Of a DNA stretch of 64,000 nt, positions 39,641-53,626 are shown one piece after another. This stretch comes from Chrysomallon squamiferum. Its lineage: Eukaryota; Animalia; Mollusca. Numbering within the stretch: position 1 is the first letter of the stretch; every line of letters starts with the position of its first letter. Under the pieces are notes generated by a model. It saw only the letters and a list, made by a program, of their open reading frames with translations, was not told the DNA's origin and made no database searches. A program made the translations under genes and the position numbers. The DNA is taken from NCBI GenBank assembly GCA_012295275.1, contig CM022670.1, forward strand, positions 30,504,001 through 30,568,000, read 5' to 3'.

Positions 39641-41870
39641 GTTGTCAGTCTGCCAACCATGACGTAAGTAGCTAACATAGCCTGTATGTGCTCTTTTTCA
39701 CATCCCTTTGGCCTACTAGCCTACTTTGTAAGAAATCAGGAAGTTAATTGTTCCAGCTTTGACTTTCAGTATTTTACTGAGCATGTAAGAGACAATACGC
39801 ACATTGGATTTTCTTCTCAGAAGCAGCAATAATTTTATTTTTTTCTCTACCTTATCAGTTAAAATGTCTCCAACGAAAAAGAGAAAAGTAGATGATGAAT
39901 GCCGAGTTTTTAAGGAGGAATGGACATATCAATATTTTTTCACTGTGGTAAATGGGAAAGCAGCGTGTTTAATTTGTAATGAGGGAATATCAGTTTTTAA
40001 AGAATATAATTTGAAAAGACACTATAATACAAAACACGCTGGATACAGTGAAGGACTATCAACAGAGCAAAAGGTTAATAAAGCTGCTGATATGGTGAAC
40101 AATCTAATAAAGCAACACTCGCTTTTTTCAAAGACACAATCCATTCACATTTCAGCAACAGAAGCTAGTTTTTATATTAGTTACAAAATTGCACAATGCA
40201 AAAAACCTTTTTCTGATGGAGAATTTGTAAAAGACTGCATTGTGGATGCGGCACGCATACTTTGTCCAGAAGCACAGAATAAATTTGAGAATATTGCACT
40301 ATCAAGGAATACAGTTATGAGAAGGGTACAAGATATCAGCAAAGATTTGTCCCAACAGCTTCACACTGCTTGCACTGATTTCATGTGGTTTTCATTAGCT
40401 CTGGATGAAAGCAATGATGTTCAGGACATTGCACAACTCATGATATTTATACGTGGTATCAAGTCAGATTTTACAATTTCAGAGGAGTTGTTATCAGTTG
40501 AACCTTTAAAAGGCACAACTACGGGGGAAGACCTGTGTAAATGTGTAATAAAGTGTGTGGAGGAGGCTGGCCTGCCGTGGAATAAATTGGTGAGTATCAC
40601 TACTGACGGTGCACCTGCTCTAACTGAAAAAAAAACAAAGGCATGATTAACCTCCTACAAAAGAAGATTAAAGAAAACTGTCCTCAGCATGAAATATGGA
40701 AATTTCATTGTATCATTCATCAAGAAAGTTTATGCAAGTCAGCTCTGGATTTTAATCATGTGATACGTCCTGTAGTTGAAGTAGTTAATCTACTCAGATC
40801 CAGACCATTATCACACAGACAATTCAAGACATTACTGGATGATATTGAGACTGAATATAAAGATGTGCTATATCACAATAGTGTTCGGTGGCTTAGTCAT
40901 GGGAAAGTTCTAAGAAGAGTCTTTGAACTAAGAGACGAAATTCTCCTTTTCCTTGATATCAAACAAATGAAATGTGATTTTATAGAGAAGATGAAAAATG
41001 ATTACTGGCTTTGTGATTTTATGTTTGCCACTGAAATGTTTGAAAAGCTCAATTCTCTAAATTTGGAATTGCAAGGAAAAGGATTATTTGTGCATGATAT
41101 GTACACCAAAGTAAAAGCTTTTGAGGCAAAGCTCTCACTTTTTGCCAAACAGATATCAGAATGTAATTTTATTCATTTTTCTTTGCTAAGGAAGGCAACA
41201 GTAGATAGTAAACTTGCTGAAAAATACAGCAATCAACTCTGCATCTTGAAACAAGAATTCCAAAGAAGATTTTCAGACTTCAGAGTAATGGATTCATCAT
41301 TTAATATACTTGTTTCACCCTTCAGTACAGAAATTGAGACAGCCCCTGATGTTCTTCAGCTGGAACTAATAGATCTACAAGCTAATAATGAGCTGAAAAT
41401 AAAGTTTAGGAATATGCCTTTGGTAGAATTTTTCAAATATTTGCCTGCTGAAAAGTTTATCAATCTACGAGGTTTTGCTGCTAGGATGCTGTGTATATTT
41501 GGATCAACTTATATTTGTGAACAGACTTTTTCATGCTTAAATCAAACAAAGTCAAAAAACAGATCAGTATTGTCAGATGCAAATTTACAAGCAATTATGA
41601 AAGTTTCGACAACTAGTTTTACTCCAGACTTTAAAAGGCTTGTTCAAAATTGTGGACAGTTGCATTTATCTCATTGATATATAAACCTTTTATTAAATAC
41701 AAGTGTAAACAAGATGGTGTTATTTATTGTTATTCTACTACAATAATATATATTTTAATAAAGATGGCAACCAGTTACGACAAATTTTACGTAAATTTCA
41801 TTTAATCCAGCCCTCAGTGGCAAGAAAGTTGCAAATTTGGCCCTCTGGTAAAAAAGTTTGGCCACCCCTG
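39640..41870 (+). mobile_element. hAT DNA transposon (SPIN/GTF2IRD2-like). Right TIR intact, left end truncated.
   Basis: The right terminus AAAAAGTTTGGCCACCCCTG ends at 41870 and is followed by CTCTAGAG, a typical Charlie/SPIN-type target. It contains the transposase listed below. No complete matching left TIR or TSD was found. Confidence 0.9.
39864..41677 (+). pseudogene. hAT transposase (GTF2IRD2/SPIN-like, about 604 aa if corrected) with one frameshift in the A9 run at 40627-40635
   Basis: The translation shows MSPTKKRKVDDECRVFKEEWT, a BED-like CLIC...HYNTKH, catalytic LALDES and TTDGAP, HCIIHQE, VRWLS, GSTYICEQTFS and a C-terminal QLHLSH*. The two ORF-track halves join by a -1 shift at ACTG-A9-CAAAGGCATG. 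Confidence 0.9.
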
Positions 41871-43205
41871 CTCTAGAGGCATAAACTACTGGAAGCCATT
41901 CTTCTGTATGTTTTTGGAGAAAATCTGCACCCAGGCCTTTTTGACTTGCATCACAAGAAATTTTTATGGATTTTGACAGATCACAATGCTGAAGTACAGT
42001 CTTGCTTGACACAAAGGATTTCAGTTTCTCGAAAGCAGTATCATGATTTGGTGTCCAGTCAGTTATTGTTTTTGTCCAATAGTTCTCTCAGAGTTGCTGT
42101 TCATTCGGATAAATCCAGCAGAAAGTGAGCCAGGTAATTTATCATACCAAGAAATCTTTGGAGATCTTTCTTGCATGTTGGAGTTTCTATGCTGCAGATT
42201 GCTTCTACTTTCGTAGGATCAGGCTTTAAACCATCTTTTGACAGAGTATCTCCAAGGAATGTTAGTTCTGCAACACCAGTTTCACAGTTTTCTTTTTGAA
42301 GTTTAAGACCAACTTTTCTTGCTTTTTCAGGAACTTGGCACAATCTTCTTGTTCATCTTTACCCCAAACAATGATATCATCCATAGATGTATCAACTCCA
42401 TCCATGTGTTCGAATAATGAATGAATGATTCTGTGATAAGTTTCAGGTGCACTCAGTATACCAAATGGCAGTCTGAGAAAACGAAATCTTTGTACTGGCG
42501 AACTGAATGTACATAACCATGAACTCTATTAATCCAACTGTATTTGCTAGTACCAATTTGACGCGTCAAGTTTCGAAAAGACTTTAGTTCCTACAAAATG
42601 TGGCATTATTTCCTCACGAGTAGGGAGTTTAAAATGTTCCTGAAGAATTGCTTTATTCAAGTTCCACGGATCCATACATACTCGAAGTTTTCCATTAGCC
42701 TTGTGTATTATGACAAGTGAATTCACCCATTCTGCTGGCTCTTCAGTTTTTTCAATCACCTTCATGTCTTCCATCTTATGAAGTTGTGATTTGAGCTTAT
42801 CATATAAGGCAAATGGTACTTTCCTACATGGTCAACAACTGGTATTGCATTATTATGCAGTTTTATGCTAACTTTTTCTGGGAGACAACCAAGACCTTCA
42901 AATGTATCAGCATACTCCTTGAATACGTCTGCCTTAATGTCCGTTTCAACCTGACGTTCAAGTGACAGTACTCGTTTCACCAAACCCATTTTTTCGCATG
43001 ACTTGCAGCCCAAAATAGGTTGTACATCTTCATCATTGGCGATAAACAATGCTCTGTATCGACTATCCTTGTAGAAACGTTCCAGTACACATTGACCTTT
43101 TACCGGTACATTTTCTCCATCATATGCTTTCAACAGAACCTTACTATTGTTTACTTTTGGCTTTTGCAACAAGTTTAGAAAATCTTTGTAACCCAATAAG
43201 TTCAT
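41871..43205 (-). mobile_element. Decayed Ty3/Gypsy (K02A2.6/Mag-like) pol fragment: protease end, RT and RNase H start
   Basis: Motifs are QPILG, EWVNSLVIIHKANGKLRVCMDP..LNKAI, FSKLDA, RFRFLRLPFG, GVDTSMDDIIVWG, LQRFLGMINYL and KISCDASQKGLGA...WLPVVYASRA. There are multiple stops and frameshifts. Confidence 0.92.
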
Positions 43206-43472
43206 ATCTCAATGGTTTTCCCAGCATTTGTGAAAGGGATGGTGGGAATCGGCGTAACTGGTGCAAGTTAAACGAAGGGATGGTTCAGAAATTGTTTAGG
43301 GTCCAGGTACTTTGAACAATGTTCAAATTACTTGTTTGTCAAAAATACACCTATAAATAATTGCATGAAATGCAGTAACTATTAACAAGTTTATTTTATT
43401 TGCCAGCGAGTTTTGTCTGGTTGTTCTGTGAATTATATATATATATATTCTGTATATATTATATATATATGT

Positions 43473-43529
<57 letters not shown>

Positions 43530-44108
43530 TCTATGTGTGAAATATGAAATAGTTTTTATTGCTCTGAAAGTAAAAGATCGCCACACAGTGTGATAATAAA
43601 TATTTTTGAGAATGTAACGGTGAGTTGGTGATGCGGTGCTAATAATAATTATTTTATATTGTGTGGATCAAGCGCATATCTCTTTTCGAAGGACGCAGAT
43701 AATGTTTAAAAAAGTTATTTATGTATAGTTATGCAGTTGCATGTTAAAAAATGTGCAGTCATCACTGAAATTCATGCGCAATAATTTAGCCATGCAGTGT
43801 CTGCTATAGTAGCCTTGATTACACAGGCACTGTGAGTAGCAGCAAAGTTCAGAGCAATCGAATCGCGTCCCTTCGAATCGCCAGAGGGGGTAATTTCGAA
43901 ATATGACAGTCGCCACTTCAGATTACATCTATTTTGTTTACGGACAAGACACGCGAACTGTGACACCAAAAGTGCAAAACAATGGCATGACAGCAGTTAA
44001 ATAAACGGATGGCGGATATTGCTGCTGTTGCTGATGAATGGCGGGTGAACTCGTCATAAGCCGATGGCATTCTCTTACAGTATTAGCGAGACCTCTGCAT
44101 CTGAACTT

Positions 44109-46166
<2,058 letters not shown>

Positions 46167-46676
46167 TGCGTCGCTTTATCGCCTAACAGCGGAAATTAGA
46201 GGTTCCTCTTAGCCGACCATCGTCGGAAATAAATTACATTATTCTGAGATCTTTAACTAGCGGAGGTTTTAAATCTACATGTTTGATATTACGTTCTTAC
46301 ACATATTAAATGTCCTTCATCCTTTATAAAGGCGGTAATTGATCTGGTTATATTTCATCTGTGTAAATTTTAAGGAAATATTATGAAAATTAATCAGTCG
46401 TAAAGTTAAGAATTAAATGTTAAATAAAATTACTAAGGAAATAAATTATATGTTACACTTACTGGTTTTAGAATAAATACTGAAAACGAAACTGGTGTTC
46501 TTTTTTTTTTTTCTTTTTTTTTAAATATTATTTTCTGTGAAGTTTTCCAAAATATAAGGTTTCAGATATACCTTTTTGAAACATTCATTAGTGTTATTTA
46601 ATACTTAATTATTCTAAACTGTTGTTGCTGCTATGATCAATTGTTGTTGTTACTATTTGTACTGTTGTTATTGTAA

Positions 46677-46779
46677 TAAGTACATTAATAGTTAAGTCAA
46701 GTTAATCTCTCACCCGTGTGGTGCTCAAGGTCATTAAGAGGAAGGCACATAAACGGGACGTACCTCTTGGCCTGAATGT
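46677..46779 (+). repeat. Dispersed repeat, inverted copy of 39021-39123
   Basis: See 39021-39123. Confidence 0.8.
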
Positions 46780-49700
46780 TTAATTATTTTATAACAGTAA
46801 CGTATTATTAGGTCAACAATGTTTAAAGTAAATATTTAAAAGTTTTAAAAAATAATTTTATTACCGTATTTATTTATTTGGAGATACCTGGGTCTCAAGT
46901 CACGTCGTGTCGACACCGATGATTGTAATTGAAGAAGCTACTTTTTAGGTTTTATCGCTAACATTTCATTATCATTTGATAATTTTTTATTTTTTTATTT
47001 TATTCTATTTTATTTTTTTATGTACGTAAATACTATACCTACAATTTCTGCTGCTGCTATTACTAGTACTGCTGTTACAAAACCTAGGCTACCTCCATAG
47101 CTATTTTCAAATACTACTAATGCAATTATTACTACAACAGTTACGAGTACTTCAGAACTACTACAATTACTACTACTACTACTACTACTACTCCTACAAT
47201 TGCTAAGGATATTTTCATTAAAAATTCTTCTGCCCGACAATTAATAACTTCTTTAGATTTCATCAAATCTTTCTTATTTTTCCTTCATGGTTTCTATGAA
47301 ATGACTGCTTCTAGCTTTCTTGTAAAATAATTTCAGCTAACTAAACATCTTTATTTAGGAAAAAGTTCTCCTTCCATCATTCTTTAGAACCAGTGATATG
47401 TGTGTTGAGTTCACTGACTCAGCGGTTGGATAACCTGTCGTTAAACAAACATATTTTTCTGTCTGAGCAAGAGAAAAAGTGTGGGAGGTTTTATTTAGTA
47501 TATAGATAAAAAGATCTCTTTCACATAACCTCTCTTTCTGTTCTGTTTTGTGCTTTGTTGGTAGTAGAAGATGTACAATCAACGCGATATAATGGACAAG
47601 GTTTATTATTAAACTTAGCCCTTTTCCTTTGATAAATACCAGCGTTCACCTCCCGAGATAATGTTTAAGATTTTGATAATGTTGTGGTTATGGTTATTGT
47701 CGTCGTCGTCCTCGTTATTGCAAAAATCATAATAATAATAATAATAAATAACCAGTAATTAGCATTAATTATGGTAGTATTTTTTTGTTATGCCCTAGCA
47801 GTAATAGTCTAGTAATAATAGTATTTTCAAATAGTACCATTAACAAATACGGTAAGAGTTGAAGCTATAGTTATAACAGTACTGGTAGTAGTAATAGTGG
47901 TGGTACCAGAGCAGTAGTAACAATAATAGCAATAGCGATAATACTGCAGTCTAGTGGTAGTATAGTAGTATCAGTAATAGTGCTAGTAATAGTGGTTGTA
48001 GTTGTCATGGTGTCAGCAGTAGCAGCAACAGTACAAGCAATACCAGAAGTAGTTATGATGTAATCGTAGTTTAAATAATAATGCATAATATATATATAGC
48101 AAATACCTCACAAAAAATATGGATAAAACACTTACAAAATTCTGCAGAGTGGATCTATTGTATAAAGATCACATAAATACACATGCAAATCACTTGCATC
48201 TTGTACCATACAAACTCGTCATGCTTTCTAATGACCACAGTCTGAAGATAAAATACACAATAACTATTTTACATGGCTGAATTAATACAGCTATTATTCT
48301 TCTTTATGGTAACTGGCTTCACTGAGTTAGAAAGATGACATTCTGCTCAATTTCAACTTTTCATTCTACATCAGCGGTCTTTCGCTATAAAGCGAAAAAC
48401 ATCAAGAAATCAATCTCTTTTAAGGCCGTTATTTGTTTGATGTTAACACCTTTTGTTTTGAGTAAATTAAAATTTTCAAAGACGGATAATCGTCATAAAA
48501 CATGTAGGAAAACACAAGAACATACAGAAACGTAAATATAAAGCATGTTCGTAGCAATGTATTGCGAAAATACATAAACATCCAGAAACACAAATATAAA
48601 TTAAGCTTGTATTTAAATTTGCAAACTTCGATGAACTGAAGACTTTACGATCCATTCACCAACTGCGATGAGCGACTCTGGTCTACTTACATGTACGTTA
48701 TTCGGTATGGGCAATATGTGGCTTATTAGAGACGGCTACACAAAATGTTCTTAAGACACAAACAAAATAAGACCAAATTTTTTGAAATATCTTTAACGCT
48801 GAAGGAGTTATGTCAATTTCCAACGCTGGAAAATGTACCAATTTTTTCCTGTTGTTTTATTATGTCAGTTGGTCAAATACTGTGATGCACAGTAAAAAAA
48901 AGAAGATAAAAATGCCTACATCTCCTTAAAAATGTATAAAAGAGAAGGGAAAACAATTTTTTATTTTGTTGAAGCCAAAGAAAAAAAAAAAATGAAATTT
49001 TTCTGACAACAGAACAAAAGCATTCATGTAGTTTATAAATAAGGTAAACAAACGCTCTCGACTAATCAAAAGGCAATATTTGGTTGACATGTCCTCATTC
49101 CATCAAACAGCGACGTCTTTTACCATAACAAAGAGTTGCGTTCAACATCGTTCGCAGTTGAACGAACCATGTTCATAACGTTAGATTTCCATGACATTTG
49201 GCAGAAATAAAGTTAAAAAATGATCTATCGAAAGCGTATGTATTTTTAAAACGTTCGCTCACATGCTAAGCTTAATTGGATGACTTTGTAAGGCAAATTT
49301 TATACTTTATCCGCAAGAATACTGGAAAGCGAGGATTCATGGAAATGCGTGCACGTCATCAAAAAAGATTTATTCTTAGAAATCTATTTAAAAGCAGGCC
49401 ATTCTCTGAGGGTCCTCTCTCTCCGTCTGCTACTACTCGAGATACTGGAGATAGACACGCACAAACGCACACACACGCATGTATATGTATCAGTCTACTT
49501 GTGTGTTAAAGATTTATATAACAACTCAACCAGTCAACATTATTTTCGCGTTTTCGTATATCATCGTTCTATTATTAAATTTTTCTTCATTTTCTTAATT
49601 CACTCACACATTTATTATTAACACAGACTTCATGGTCAAAGAAGACAAAATGTTTCCAATTTAGATTAGCTTTGTTATCCATTTACAGTCTTCATTGAAA

Positions 49701-51036
49701 TGTTCATAAATATACATCTATACAGTCTTTGCATTTCTGTAATATAATATTATTATATTAAAATTTACAAACAAATGCTGAGATTTCGTACAATTTTAGT
49801 AAATAATAGTTAATCCCCAATGTTTTATATATATATATAACTATTATTATATGAATCATTTCCAACGAGTTTATTCAGCTTTCTTCGGATTTTAGTAAAT
49901 AAATTGTCTATAGATGTTTTCGTTTATTTATATGTTTTGTATTATTATATACACATTTAATAAATGACCTCTAGTTCCATGTGTTTGTATCCATGTTTAT
50001 TTATTATATAGTTCATTGAGATTTTTTAGACTGTTAGCAATTAATGGACAATTCTCCAGTGCTTTGTGTTTGTATATGTAGCTTTTGTTATATAAACAAA
50101 TCCCAAATAGTTTGTCGAATATTCTTACACTTTTTGTAAATAAGAAATTATCTACCACAAGTGTTTGTATTTGTTTATATAAATATTAATTATTATATAA
50201 ACTTTTAATAGTTACTGAATTTTGGCAAATAATGGCTGATACGCATTTCTGTGTGTTTGTCTGTATATTCGTTATTATAATTATAAACACTTTCCAAATA
50301 GTCTGTCACACATTTTCTTAGAATTATAATAAATAATGGCTAATCAGCAGACCAATAAGCTTTTACATGTATGTCTATAATAATAATAATAATACAAATC
50401 ATTTCCAAACATTTTATTGAGCTTTTGATGAATTGTAGTAAATAATAGATTGTCAGCACGTGTTTGTTTCTCTAAATTTTATTGTTTAAACCATTTAGGC
50501 CTACATATTGCTTTATTATGCTTTCATGGACTTCTAAATAAATAATAGACAGGCAGTATGCATTAGGACATGATGGCAGCTATTCTGGCCTCTAGGGACT
50601 TGTAAAGAAAGCGCAGTTGTTATTCGAATGTCAAGTCAAGTTCCATTAAGCGAATTAACTTGTTGCCCCCATGCAGGCATGCAACGGAGACACCCGGGCT
50701 CTTCCCAGCAGCATTTTAATGGTGTTTTCTGTCTTGAAAGGAATAATGTTTCAGTTCAGGTTAAGTGAAGTTCATTGCTATTTCTAATTACTCAGAACAC
50801 AAATTATAATGCTTTTCAACAGTATCAAACCCGAAAAATATCGACATATCCCATATTATAAAAATTATTCTGGATCATTTATTCGACGTAATCGTTTAGT
50901 TATTATTGAAAATTAAAACCAATAGTAAATTACTAAATAAATAATTAAATAATCATATGTCCATGACAATCAAGTAATCTGCGATACCTTGCTTTCTGTT
51001 AAATATCGGATCTTACAAATCATTTGCATCCTAACA

Positions 51037-51084
<48 letters not shown>

Positions 51085-53626
51085 GTTAACATTTTGACCC
51101 TTAGTTCTTGAATTGTCTGCGCTCATTTAATTGCTGATGGCCACGATTTTTTTCAACAGCTTGCAATATGTACACATTCCCTCGCATAAGGGATCACATT
51201 TGGTTGAAATTAGGTACACTGTTATTATCGAGTAACTCCGCCAAATTAAATTCCAGTTGCTGTGACTATGAAAATCATTGAACATTTAACGACATTTTAG
51301 CATATTTTCATCGAACAATTTTTTCTTTCAAAATTTCAGAATGGTGTGTAAAGTCACTTGAAGAGAATGCCGTAAGAGCAAAACACGGCTACTTCCAGAT
51401 TGTCTGATTTTAATTGCCCTGCCTTTTTCATTCGCACTGAAACCAAAATCAACATTAAAAACCGCCAATTTTTTCTTTCAAAATTCATAATCAGAGATAA
51501 TGAAATTCACTGCTACCTTTTTCGTGGCTTTTCTTAAAATCTTGTAAACAGTTTATATTTTACATGAACAGAAAAGCGCGGATTCAGTAAACATCTCCTG
51601 GGTTATTTGCAACAAGGGTGGAGTAACCCCCCAAAACCCTCACCCCCCAAAAACAACAACAACAACAACCACAACAAAAGCACGTACATAACTATTTAGA
51701 CCGAAAGTTGTAACGATAATGTCATTCGGTCCTTAATACTGCTTGATATTATATTTACCGTATGAGTTCATTATTTTATGTTACATTATTTTTTAATTAT
51801 AAGTTTCTCATGTTATTTTGTTTTATGGTTATGCTAGACAAAACTTGAATGCGACGGTTAATGATCAAATAGAAATTCACCTAATGTAAATTATAAATGA
51901 TACTGTGAAAAACTGGATGTTTTCTTTGAATTTTTAATAAAAGAAGATAAAAGAAAACAAAAGCGAGGGGATTATATGACATAGATAATGTATTAAGAAA
52001 AAATCGAAAAAGTTATAAAAGTTTAAGAAAAGGAAAACAAAGAGAAGGGAGTTAAAAAAAGAATAAAATAGAAGAAGACAAAAACGAGTGGATTATATCA
52101 CAAAGATAACGTATCAAGGTACTTGTTCTATTTACAGAGCGAACGGCTTGCTTCTAGTGTTGAAATTAAGATTACGCTTTTACATCGTTAACCTTCTCCC
52201 CTTTCCACAATTATCCACTTAGTTTGACACATTGGCGTGTCGTAAGATTCACAAGCAGAAACGACTTATCTTTATGCTGCAGCTAAATTGGCACTTTATC
52301 TTGTAATAGCAACCTTCTGATCGCTTAGTTAAATAAGCTCTTAATTCTGTAGAAGAAGCATCTTTACAGGAAACCAGGTCGTTATGGGTCATCTTGAAGT
52401 CAGACATTTGCTTCACGCTGAGCGTGTGACTATTGGCGTTCCAATTATATTCTGTGAAGCGAAGAAGTGGAAGGTTTCCACTTTTCAGAGACAATTAATG
52501 TGTGTTATTACAACGAATTTCTTTTATTATTCTCTGTCATGCTAAACTCGTTTTTTTTATTTTTTTATCTTTGTCAATAACATTTATTGTTAAGGTTTAA
52601 ATCTGTCCTCCGTGCAGATTCTTATTTACATGTTCTCCGAATTTTTATTTTGTTTTGTTTAAGTCGTGTTTTCTAAAGACATTTTTGCCTCTTATTTTTT
52701 CCGTTATATCAGCTAACATTCATTGAAGCTATGTCAGCGTAACTGTTCAATTGACTAGACCAGTTACTAATTGAATAGGTCTGATGGACTGACTTGATTA
52801 GTAAATTCTTGTCGTTAGTAGTTACACCATTACCGTTTTTCTTTATATATAACATATCTAATTTTTCTTGAATAAATATTCGGGCAGGGTGAAAAAGAAG
52901 AAGAAAAAAAGAAGAAAAAATGTTTCACTGACTGGCACATTGTTGCTGAATGTATGAACGACTCCACTGAGATAGAAACTATTTTCCATTATGTGTACTT
53001 TTTATTTATTTATGCTTTTTTTTTTTTTTTTTTAATCAGTTAAGAAAAAGAAGAAAAAAATCAAAAGCCGCATCACACATAAATGCTATTTATTAGAGTC
53101 ATTGATAAATCGATCGATAAATGATAAGAGTAAGACAGAGCAAGAGAGAGAAAGATGAAGATTAATACGATTATATCGCATTTCTTCTCCACTCAAAATC
53201 AATACGAACAAGCTGTTTGAATTAAACAAAGATTATTTTTCTTTCCTTTCCAAATAATATATGCTAAAAAGACTGGGATTATAACTTCTGCCGTTAACAT
53301 TTTGACATATGCAGTTATTATCAGTGCCGGCAACTATTTGGAGTATTTTAAATATTGCTTGCTTTATCAAGAATCCATTGTCAGTCGTCAAAGAATTCGA
53401 ATGTTATTTTTAAATGTTTGTTTTATATGTCAGAATATTCCTTTGCTTGATAAATACGAAAAGTGGAAACAGACCTTTTATCTTCTTTGATAGGCTGCCA
53501 GTGCTAATGTTTCAGAAAAGCAGCGTGTTGTTATTATTTGTGTTTTAAATAAAAAAAAACTTTCTGGTTGTTATCTTTTTTTGTTTTTTTTCGTTTTGTT
53601 TTTCTGTACGACAAAATAATAAGAAA

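Noticed and set aside
51085-51736. Possible Kolobok-like non-autonomous element ending in CCTTAA
   Set aside because: I could not identify a matching left terminus or TSD.
52600-52630. Reverse-complement match of about 30 bp to the LTR (aatctgtcctccgtgcagattcttattt)
   Set aside because: It is too short to define an element and is probably a scrap of a related repeat.
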